From: Mizuhopecten yessoensis
Taxonomy: Eukaryota
NCBI RefSeq assembly: GCF_002113885.1
Contig: NW_018404492.1
Span: forward strand, 4,542,341-4,606,340
Direction: 5' to 3'
Length of the DNA stretch: 64,000 nucleotides
Below, piece after piece: positions 1-11,080 of the stretch. The notes below the pieces were generated by a model. That model saw nothing but the letters and a program-made list of their open reading frames with translations. It was not told the DNA's origin and did no database searches. Position numbers and translations under genes: made by a program. The stretch's first letter is position 1. Every line of letters begins with the position of its first letter.

Positions 1-883
1 TCATAACATGTCAGCCAAGAATAGTAGACTGGAATATTAAAGCTTTTCACTCCTTTGGGGCAAGATAGGAAAATCTCTATTCCTCAGTCATAATTTTAAC
101 TTGTCAAATATGAGGCTTGTTGAGCGTTTGAAAGTTTAACATTCTTACTACAATGATGGAGATTTGCCTGCAAATGGAATGCATACTTACCAACTCTCTC
201 TATTTAGGAGACTCCCCATTTTTTACCCTTAAATTAAGTTTTTTCAACCAGTGAATTTGCTGAACTATTCCTATATTCTAAGATATAATGATTTCAACTG
301 AAAGAAAAACCAAAAATATGTCATTTTAAAGCATCTATTGTCTCTAGGGGGTAAATACACATATTTACACATATTTTATTTATGTTTTGAAGTTTGAGCA
401 TACAGAATCTCTCCAATCGAAATTTCAAAAAGTTGACAAGTATGCAATTGGGTATGTTTTTTTTCTATTTTAGATAGAAATTGTTTTTGATAAAAAAAAG
501 AATGTGTCCTGTTTGTAGGTTCTGACCCTTTTTCAATATCAGCTTATGATCCACAGTTTTCCATGTATTTTGAGTTCCAATGTGTATTTATTTTAGGGTA
601 AACCTATATTTCAATGTCTGTTGAACAATATTGATAGTACCTTATCAATACATTATGTCTATAACTGTAGTGTTGGTGGAATCGTACTTAGTTCTTGAAA
701 ATGTCTTTTTTGTTTTTTGTCGTTTTATATTCTTCACTTTTTTTTAATTAATTAATTTTATTTATAATTTTATTTATGTTCTGTTTTGTTTTTGTTTTTT
801 TTCCTTACAAACCATTATACTGCAAATACATATGAACAATACCATGTTATAATTACTCTTTATGTTTTGTCCCATCTGAAAAG

Positions 884-985
884 GACTGGAGAAGCCAACA
901 TTTGACAACAGATGTAAAATCTACGAGTTGGATCCATGCGATGGATATGGCAAAGTTTGTCTAGTGTACCGGGAGAGTAAAGCAG
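884..985 (+). CDS. TPGS2: TPGS2 internal exon (phase 1-1)
   Basis: AAG| acceptor and |GTATG donor. Translates (G)LEKPTFDNRCKIYELDPCDGYGKVCLVYRESKA, matching the remembered vertebrate TPGS2 motif KPHFDSRSVIFELDSCNGSGKVCLVY. Upstream exons lie outside the window. Confidence 0.92.
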
Positions 986-2605
986 GTATGTACCGCAGTT
1001 TGTCTTCACACTACAGAAAGGACAGCGTTAGGTTACTGTAACAGTATCTGGTATTTACATCACCCACAATTGATAATATCAATGTGATTTAATGCTCACA
1101 ATCTTAATTACTGTTAACAATATTAAACTCATCACAAAGACATTGTACCTGTCAATATATATGTAATTGTTGATACTAATAAACTGATTAATTTGTTTGT
1201 ATTAATTTAACATTTGTTTCAACTAATTGTGTACCATTTATGAAATGTGTATTTTATGAATTGAAAAGTGACATTCTTTTTTCACCTGATAATGATTTTG
1301 TGCCAGAATTATACTTAAACATCTTGATTTATCCCTATTATGTCCAATCTCTACCGTGAACTTGTATTTTATATAGATATATTATGTACTATGCATGTGC
1401 TCTGGTAGACTTAGTCACTGAAATACAATGCAAGGTTATCAACAGATTTTTATCTAAATTATTGTGTAAGTATAGTACATCCTGTATACAAATTTTGGGT
1501 CAAACTTTCCCTTGCTAATTCCACAGTAGATTTTGACTTAAATTGTGCCTTTCAATGAGAACTAATCAGAAAGAAGCAAAACAGTTTTTTAATTTTTAAT
1601 GATTTTTAGTGTGATGTAATTTTGGTGAATATTTAAACATTCTGGATTGTCTGTGCTGGTATGTGGTGTAGGAGCCTATTTATACCCCATGGTTAAGTAG
1701 TGCACAACACTGTGGATATCAGAATTTCCTCTTTCAGCGTTAGGTATTTAAAATATTCTCTTTTAAATCGTAATAGCTTATGAGATCATTTTTGTTACAG
1801 TTAGGGGTTTTGGGTCAAACTTGTCATACCTTGTATTGAGAATTGTATTGAAATTGTTGCATTTGGTGCCTGACAATATAAACAACCTTGCTGTAAAGGT
1901 CAAAGTTCAACCCAGTATGCATTGATGGATTAAAAGGCTTAAAAATATTATTTCACATAATCATGAGTTGTGTTCTATTGAAAGTTGACGATTTGAGAGG
2001 TTATTGTTTATGTTCATTTAAATTGGCCCCGTTGTTTGGAAATGTTCCCAGATATAGGCTATCTTTTTAGCTGACTATATCAACCTACTGAAGAACTCTT
2101 TTAAGGATGTATAAAGTTCAACTTTTACTCCAGATTGTTCTAATATTGGCTTTTCTGTGTAATGTCATTTTTTTATGGTACAGAAAAAACTGAGTAGAAT
2201 TTGCATGTTATTGTTGTAATTCTTTCTTCTTTTAAGAAAGCCAATCACTTGAAAGGTAGCTAAGCACCAAATCAAACTATGCATGTTCTGTTTTATTAGA
2301 AACCAAAACAACTACATTTTGTATAAACTTTTCGTACATGCATATGAAGGTACGTAGAATATTTAAATTCTACCCCGTGGTGTAGTATTTTGGTCAAATC
2401 TGAGGTCTCTTCAGGTTGTGAATCAAACTCCTACTCCAGAGAGTAGAGTTTTCTTATCCTCCAAACTAACATAATGATTGACTCTTGTTCTCCCACTTCT
2501 AAGCCAGGTTTAGGGTAAAAAGTGACACTTCAAAATTCTATATTACATAAAAAATTCCCAAGAACATCAAATGAACAAGCTCTGTTAGCCTATGAAGAAT
2601 AGTAT

Positions 2606-2705
2606 TTTCTCTTACCCTGGACAGGTGTATCCACAATTTTACTGGTGTGAAATATCGTTTTCTCTTACCCTGGACAGGTGTATCCACACTTTTACTGTTG
2701 TGAGA
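2606..2705. repeat. Two-copy ~53-bp direct repeat
   Basis: TTTCTCTTACCCTGGACAGGTGTATCCACA…TTTTACTG occurs twice in tandem. Confidence 0.85.
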
Positions 2706-2713
2706 TTTCCTTG

Positions 2714-3415
2714 TCTCACCCTAGGGTTGAGACGGGGGGATTCCCCTATTCATAACAATGGCATGACGTCACCTCAACAATACAATGACGTCACGTCAAC
2801 AATCCGTCAACGTCACATCAATCCTGAATTTAGCATGTAACGTTATCATTACATTGTGCATATGATACACAATGGGAGAACAGGGTAAGAGAAACAGAAT
2901 AATTCACCCCCTTGTGGGTAAGATAGGGGAATCTCAACCCCCAGGAAAAGATTCTTAGGTTGCCAAACATTCGGCAAAGCCTCATGTTTGGCAACTTAAG
3001 ATTCTTCCCCCTCGGGTTAAGATTCTCCTATCTCACCCCAAAGGGGGTGAAAGATTCTATTAATCTCACCCTAGGGTTGAGACAAGGAGATTCTCCTATT
3101 CTTAACAATGGTATGACATCACGTCAACAATACAATGACGTCATGTCAACAATCCATCAACATCACCTCAACCCTGAATTTCGCCTGTAATGTTAACATA
3201 ACATTATGCATATGATACACAATGGGTGAACAGGGTAAGAGAAAAAGAATCACTAACCCCCTTGAGGGTGAGATAGGGGAATCTCTACCCTCGGGGAGAG
3301 ATTCTTAAGTTTCTAAACAGTTGGCAAAGCCTCATGTTTGACAACTTAAGAATCTTCCCCCTCGGGTTGAGATTCACCTATCTCACCCCTAAGGGAATGA
3401 GAGATTCTATTAATC
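2714..3415. mobile_element. Non-autonomous palindromic element, two tandem ~350-bp copies
   Basis: TCTCACCCTAGGGTTGAGAC at 2714 and 3064. Each copy ends in a ~155-bp imperfect hairpin with a GGCAAAGCCTC loop. Confidence 0.7.
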
Positions 3416-4671
3416 TTGCATGGATTACACATGGGACACATATGTCTTGCGTATTAAAGTATGTAGAAGTGGGAGAAAAGATGTATGCAGTAAATAGTTG
3501 GGGAATGAGAATAAACTTAGGAATAAATGGTAAAACTTTGTAGAGTATAACAATAAAACACTATAAGTGGGTATTTATATTTTGTGACCTAACTTTTTGA
3601 TTTCAGAAGAAGGAGATGTAGAAACTTATTTTGGTAACTACAGTCATTTTGTTGTTCAGTTTTAGTTTTTTTAGATAAAAAATCTAAAACAGTTTAACTT
3701 TTTTTTTTACTGAAGTTCTTTCTTCTCCTTGTGATAATCTACTTCATTTTACTTCATTGGTTCTCCTCATTTCAAGCTGCCCCTTTCTAATCTAATTCAT
3801 TTAAGGTTATATCAGTACATCACTACATTGTATATCGTGGTGTTTATTTATTACAAAACCCTAATCTACAATCTACTTAACACTCAAACCATTTATTGGT
3901 TACATGGCCTAAACACATTTGTCTATCTGAAAAGTTTTTCTACTTATAGTACTTAGTGTAACCTCCTTTATACATCTGAATTTTCTGATAATAATTTTTT
4001 AAATGCTGGCTTTAATTCTTTCAAGTAATTATTGGTATTAAAAATAACTTAAGGGACAAGAAGGACCCAAGTGTATTGACAACACTTATAAAGTTATAGA
4101 GTAATTATAGAGTATAAACGTTTTATCTGGGTGGGAAGAAAAGATGGGAGAACCATCTCCATATGCATGTTAGTAGACTTGATAATAACTGATAGATTTA
4201 GATACAACCTACTTTTATACATAGAAAAAGTCACCGTAAATACGTTAATTTTAACATATAATAACATCCTCTTGTAGAGTAGATAACCATTTTAGTAGTT
4301 TTCCATAAACTACAGTGTTGCGCCAATTAAATTGATTTGACTAAAAATATGTGTCAAAATCCTCCCTTTTTTCTTATATTCTATACTTAAACAATGTTAA
4401 TGGCTTATACTATACTTACTATAATTGGTAGACATTATTGGAACACTACAATATACAAACACCATATTTAAATCCAGCAGTGAGCTAGGATTAGGACACT
4501 TTATATAGAAAATGACCTTTAAGATATTCTATAATCTTAAAATGTGTACATTGTATATTCAAACTTGTACATAGTGATCATAGTTTAATGGTTATTTTTG
4601 GTTATATTACATTACTTTTTGAAAATGTCCCCTGTTTTACTTTGAACCAACTATTCCTGTACTTTATATAT

Positions 4672-5302
4672 GCATGTCCCACAACCTCATAATCATATCA
4701 TAATGTCCAACAACCCCACATCATATTGTCCTACAACCCATTGTATAATGTCCCACACCCCTACATCATATTGTCCCACAACCCCATAATCATAATATCC
4801 AACACCCCCGAACCATAATATTCCACATTCCTACATCATATTGTCCAAATCCCAAATCATAATGTCCAACATCCCCATATCAAAATGTCCACCATCCCCA
4901 CATCATAATGTCCCACAACCCCAAATCATAATGTCCACCATCCCCACATCATAATGTCCCACAACCCCAAATCATAATGTCCACCATCCCCACATCATAA
5001 TGTCCCACAACCCCAAATCATAATGTCCACCATCCCCACATCATAATGTCCCACAACCCCAAATCATAATGTCCACCATCCCCACATCATAATGTCCCAC
5101 AACCCCAAATCATAATGTCCACCATCCCCACATCATAATGTCCCACAACCCCAAATCATAATGTCCACCATCCCCACATCATAATGTCCCACAACCCCAA
5201 ATCATAATGTCCACCATCCCCACATCATAATGTCCCACAACCCCAAATCATAATGTCCACCATCCCCACATCATAATGTCCCACAACCCCAAATCATAAT
5301 GC
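4672..5302. repeat. Minisatellite: 23-bp monomers forming a perfect 46-bp dimer
   Basis: CATAATGTCCACCATCCCCACAT alternates with CATAATGTCCCACAACCCCAAAT from ~4880 to 5300; degenerate monomers lie on the left. Confidence 0.97.
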
Positions 5303-5386
5303 CACCATTATTTTTTATTAATTGCATGTCTCTGTCTGTGTCAGCACATCCCCCTAATGTCTACTAATGTTGATGTCTCTTACCAG

Positions 5387-5452
5387 GTTTGACTTATTTT
5401 GACCCTGTGGATATATTTGATGGAAAGCACACCTCTGATTTGCTCAGATTTG
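5387..5452 (+). CDS. TPGS2: Probable 66-nt cassette exon of TPGS2 (phase 1-1)
   Basis: CTACTAAT branch-like motif, TCTCTTACCAG| acceptor and |GTATGA donor. Open in the required phase: (G)LTYFDPVDIFDGKHTSDLLRF. Length divisible by 3. I recall no counterpart in vertebrate TPGS2. Confidence 0.55.
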
Positions 5453-5818
5453 GTATGATCTAACGTTTTAACCTATGGAACGCCTGTAGAATGGGCAAGC
5501 AGCTACTAACATGTAGTTCTATACATCCCTACCAAACAATTGTAACCCATCTCCCCTACCTTATTGTACTTCATATTGTACTTGGTTTACCTGTATAACT
5601 TATACTTTACATTTTTTTTCATGAATTTTATACTCTAATTTCATTACACTAACCCAGTTAGCCAGTTATGATAACACATTCTACTGTTATTGCAATCTTT
5701 TCAATATGTATATGTCGAAAATATACACGTTACAAGTATAAACTTATTCTAAACGAAAGAATGTATTATATGATATATCCTGTGATATGAAAAACACCAC
5801 TTATCTATAAAGTGAAGT

Positions 5819-7556
5819 TGACTGTCAGTTCACGACTCAATTATAGGAATAGTCCACAGCAGGGAGCGAGGGTATTTTCCCAGAATAAAGGGTAAACTAT
5901 TTGCTATGTATGTAGTACATGTAGGAGTGCGTAAACTTTGAAAAAAAGGTATGCATAGTATTCTTACGGAAAAAAGTAATGCTATTTTTGTTGCCTTATA
6001 ACCTCACTTTTGTTGACCAAATTCAGTTTAATTCGGTAGTACAATTTATATACTATTTGTTATGAATTTGTGTAGGACCCAAATACAGAACCTTACCGAA
6101 CGCTTTTATCAAAATTGCCAAAATTCAAGAATCTGCGGCATACCCACCTTTGATAAACTTGAAAACCATTCCAAATTGAAGTCCTGGTCTGTACATATGC
6201 AGCAAACATCAATTTAGTCGAAAACCAGTGAACACCTATAGACCACGGATGTCTGAAATTGAGAGAAGTCGGGCTTTTGCTTTAGCTTCGAAAGGTCAAT
6301 TACAAACGTCGCGTCGCCCAGCGGTTTGGTGTTTATGAAGCCTCAGGACGATGGACGATTAAATTAACAGACCGCTCCAGAAGTTGGCCTCCATTCGTAA
6401 TGTCGCGATGTAAAGACAGAGCGATACGTCTTTCTCGCCCTCGGAACCATTTTCAAACGGCAACGGAAACGACAAACAATGTCATTGGTAATCGTGTTCA
6501 CCGAGTGTGTCCGAGAACGTTCATCAATCAGTTGCACGATTTCAACTTAAAGCCAGACGTAAATAAATCGTCTTTACAGTGGTCCGCAACTTAATCAAAG
6601 GTTTTACGCCTTTCCGGTCCGATGACCGCTGACGTGTCTGCCGACCTTGCAGCAAATGCATGCGTTAAGGAAAAATACAGATTTGAAGGAGGGTCTGTTA
6701 TGGTTTGGGAGCAATTCTAATTGATTTTAAACCCCATTAATTGTCATCGAGGACAATCTCACAGTATTTAGACACCGGACCCAGGTCGTACAGCCCGACG
6801 TCACTTCCCGTATTCGTCAGCAGAATCTAACCTAATACACGTAGGACAATGCCAGGCCACACATTGCAAGGGTGTGTCATGCTTTCTAGTCCAAAACAAT
6901 GACCAAGTGCTTGATTGGACACCGGGACGTCATTCTTGACACCGCCGCTTTTGTTACAGTATCATTTTTTCTTATAAATTAGTCATACATATGTAAAGGA
7001 TCCATTGAACTGTTAAACATAACTCTAATTTAACAAATTCTATAATCTCTGCGAAATTTACCGCGAAAATGCGTTACTTTTTCCATCAGTACTGATACTA
7101 AAAGTATTGAAGATATTAGTAGTTGAGTGTTAGTTGAACACTAAAATATCCTGTCCATGTCAGTCTATCCCTGTTAATAAAACTTCCTTTTTCACTACTG
7201 ATAAAGATGCTCTCTACTTACTTTCCTATGGAACGTTCAATCAGGGGTCAGCTGTCCACTTCCAAACAATGCTTTCGTATTGAGCATTCGATTAGAAATA
7301 AACTGTTTTCTCACATGTAGCGTTTTCCTCCTTAACATTCTACTAGCGATCGACTGTTTGCTTTCGATCTGTGCTTCAATTTCCTATGGATCTTTCAACA
7401 AATTGTCAACTGTATTGGGTAATTGGTAAAGGAGCACTACCTCATTTGCATTAGAAATCCAACTTGATTTCTATCGAACGCACTCTGGGTGTAAGTTCAT
7501 TTACATGCATATAGTGCTTCTTAATTTTTCCTCAACTAGTCGTGAACTGACAGTCA
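5819..7556. mobile_element. TIR-bounded non-autonomous DNA element (outer element)
   Basis: 19-bp perfect inverted repeat TGACTGTCAGTTCACGACT at 5819-5837 and 7538-7556. Confidence 0.6.
5959..7092 (+). mobile_element. Degenerate Tc1-like transposon
   Basis: Frameshifted transposase motifs: DRxRS(G)RP, IRLS..RN.FQTATET, RF.GGSVMVW, DNARPHIARVC, QNN.QVLDW. Imperfect TIRs at ~5959-5989 and ~7066-7092. Confidence 0.8.
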
Positions 7557-10500
7557 GTCCAGTAATCGAGTTTAATCTCCATGTTTTTCGCGTTTTAAGG
7601 ATCAGGATACTGCTTTGCTAGGTTTCAATGTTAATAGTTGTTCATATCGATTTTTAATAATTCCACAAACTATTATTGAGAGATGATGACTTATTTGTAA
7701 TTAAAACACACAGATTCAAACAAATAAGACTATGACAACCCAATTCTGAGTCATTTTACATTTTTTACTTATTGTTTCTCTGTTTAGTCTGTCTGGGTAT
7801 CTATGCTTTGTTAACGTAGTCGTATATACATGTAACGTAGACCTATACACATGTAATTCACGAACGTTGACATTTCTACATTCTGATTTCTCTCGGATGA
7901 CTAATACGAGGGCCCGTTCCCTCATCATAGTGATTAGAAAAAAAAATCGTGTCGAGTAATAAACTAAGTAAATTCACACTATCTCTTCCTGATATTGGTG
8001 TATATTGTTTCCGGTGAATCAATGGTGTTGTGATTTTAATTCGTCGATGCATGAATGGAGGACATCCTTACTCGGAGATGCTTCGAAGCGCATGTTTGTT
8101 TACTGTATTCAACAACCACACCCGAACTCCTTCTTTTCGTCACTTTTAGATGCTTTTTTATACATGTTGCACACGTATGAAAAAATGTATATCCTCACGT
8201 ACGCGTACTGTAAACATGGTATTGTATTCGTTGATCACACGTATAAGGTTGTCATCACATGTCTAAATTTAGAAATACAAATCAGAAACAAATCTCTTAA
8301 CAAAACATTTTAAAATAATTGTACATTTATTTACTCAGAGATATATATGAGATTCCATCAATTCATATTTGATGGTTACATGGAAATGCACATTTGTTCA
8401 TGATTTAAATGTTAGAAAACCTGTTGCATATATTGCGTAGCGTTATTATATCATGTGCAACATACACAAGGTTGTGTATTGCCTAAAATGCATGACATAG
8501 TAATATCTAGCACATATTATGTATAGAAATTTTGCGTCCTCAGTATGGCTTTTAGATGTCCTTTTCGTTAAAATATCACAATGAGTTTCGTTGTAAACGT
8601 AAATTGTTTGTCTTTGAACTGTTATTCGTAAATTTCTTTTTTGTACGTTACCGTTTGTTATGTTGCTAAAACACTGTAATGTGTGAAGCGCTTAGTAGTA
8701 TAGGTCTAGCATTGATTTAGTTGTACCATATCAAAATATTCCCCAAACATATTTGATGGTTACATGGATATGGCATATCAAAGTATGTATCATGTCATTT
8801 TTCAGTAGGCCTAATTCAGTTTACTTTTCCCTGTATAGCAGACACATATACCAGCCTTTCCCGTTTATGGATTATATTGATCAAAAATGATTCTTTACTC
8901 AAAGTGTCAGTGATTCAAAGACAGCAGCCCCCTATTGACCAACATATTTCTATCTATACTGAGGGGATTTAATGTTCGTCACCATGTTATTCTTTCCTGC
9001 AGTGTAGTTTGAGTGTCTGGCATAGTGAAATATGCTTGCATGTGCAATAGATCGATGGTGGCCTACACATTCTATTTAATTTAACATCACGACGGGTTCC
9101 ATATAAAATACATTTCCGATTTATATTTGGTTTGAGTTTATGGTGTGTTCTTCCTGGTTTTTTTTCTGGTGGATTTTGTTTTGGTTACTGTTAAGTTTTT
9201 GTCGACCTTCATCTCCGATTTCGTCTTTGTGTGCTAAGGCTATTTTTGTTTATTTTTCACATCTGACATCCAATTTACTTTAACGTCATTTTGCGACTTT
9301 TATAAAAACAAATATTACGCTGAAGTTTGTACATCAGATCACAGTTTTATTAGACTTACTCTAGCTTCATATTTTGGTTGGATTTCTATGTCTCTCTCGT
9401 AAAACGGAGCAGAGCAGTATCCACCCCTCCCAACAACCCAGATACGCTGATGTTACTCCGTACCAATACATCTAAAATACTATTAACTGTCGTATGCATA
9501 GTGTACATTTGTAACTATAAAAAAGTAAGCACCATATCCTTATTGATCCTGTGATATGGACCATGTCGCTCGGCGTATCATTTCTTTCATATAGTAGATG
9601 TGAGTAAAATATCAAGGTACACATGCCGTGAAAGTCGTTCGTTAATTTGTAACAAAATGAAGCATGCACGCTTCTCTGTAAATCTTGTGCTATTGTACCA
9701 ACCGCCAATCATAGAAATACATTTTAAAATAAATGTGATACCAATACACTTTTCAGACTTATCAAGACATGCAAGAAGAGTTCCACGATTTTCGTATACA
9801 AGACATCGGCGTTAGTTTATGGTCAATAGACCACAATGCAATGTCATGTTTCCAATGCTGCCACCGGAAGTTGTGTCTAAATAAGCACACAGTCACAATA
9901 GCATGTGTTGAAGCACACCCTTCCCTTTAAAGGAAATATTTTATAAATAATATATAATACAGTACAATATATATGCAATTATAATTTATTCAATTTATAC
10001 ATATTGTATCACAATTAAACAAATATGCAAACATGTTTTAAATACCTTTACGGTAATTTACATAATGACAAATGCAATTACTGTATGAATTTCTTGAACT
10101 TCTGCATGTGCATGTACATTAAATTTTGTATCACATGTTGAATCTACTTTTGAGACCTTAGATATATGCGCTCTTTATTAAACACATTATCCTTCCCTAT
10201 AACTTTTATGCAACTACGCGACAATTCCGCACCCATAATGATGATAACAAAACTAATTTCAGTTTTATGTTTTCATTTCAAAAGCTATGGTAATTGTCTG
10301 ATAAAACAAGTATCTGTCTTTTTCTAGAACTTCATTTTAAATGCATTTGCTTGTATATCTGCGTATCGTAAGGTGTGCCGCATTAATGACGCTCAGAACC
10401 AGAAACATAACGGCATACTGCTTTCAATCGATCATGTTGTACAATAACTAAACATCGATTTTCTAAAAAAAAAAAAAATCGAGTTTTTAAATAAATCAAA

Positions 10501-10916
10501 TGAAGCACAAACTCACTGGCATTACACATGTATTACGTAAGTTTATTGTGCGTTATAATTTGGTATGCGACTATTGCACTTTGAACACCAAGCTAGATTG
10601 TCTTTGACGATGCTAGATACATGTAGAATGGTCTCGTTTCACCAAATGTTATGTCATCACCTACTGTTAATAGTTATGTTAATTTTAAATTTACCTAAAT
10701 ACCTTTTGTGTTTCTGTTATAAACGTGCAATACCAGTTTTAATATTTTGTTATGCGTAAATTCATTAACCTTCCATTTTTATTCGTTTGATTATGCATCG
10801 TATTAACATTGTAACACTGTTTATTTAATTTCATGACATTTTATCTGAAGTAGAATAAAACTATATATGACGTACTGGGTTTACTGTGAACTAATTGTAT
10901 AACATATTGACTGTAG

Positions 10917-11080
10917 GTGGCAATGAACCAAAGATAGAGATTTGGTTCCTGGACAGAGCACTGAGGTGGCACTACCTCACCGACTCCTTTATAGCCTACT
11001 ACCGATTGATGCTGATGCATTTAGGACTGCCCCAGTGGCAATATGCACTCACGGATATTGGACTTAGCCAACAAACACAG
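10917..11080 (+). CDS. TPGS2: TPGS2 exon (phase 1-0)
   Basis: TGTAG| … CAG|GTAGGT. Translates GGNEPKIEIWFLDRALRWHYLTDSFIAYYRLMLMHLGLPQWQYALTDIGLSQQTQ, matching the TPGS2 signature EIWFLDRALxWHxLTDxFxAYYRL..HLGLPQWQYA. Confidence 0.96.

Noticed and set aside
2592-3543. Similar short ORFs at 2592, 2960 and 3334
   Set aside because: They result from the tandem 350-bp repeat, not a gene family.
986-5386. Seven TGCATG (Rbfox) motifs in this intron
   Set aside because: The motif is similarly frequent in the next intron and elsewhere in the window, so enrichment is not demonstrable.
7950-10480. Possible Kolobok relic (P2X-like ORF trace near 7980-8130 on the minus strand; CCCTTTAA end at ~9930)
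   Set aside because: Similarity is too eroded to support by eye; needs an HMM search.
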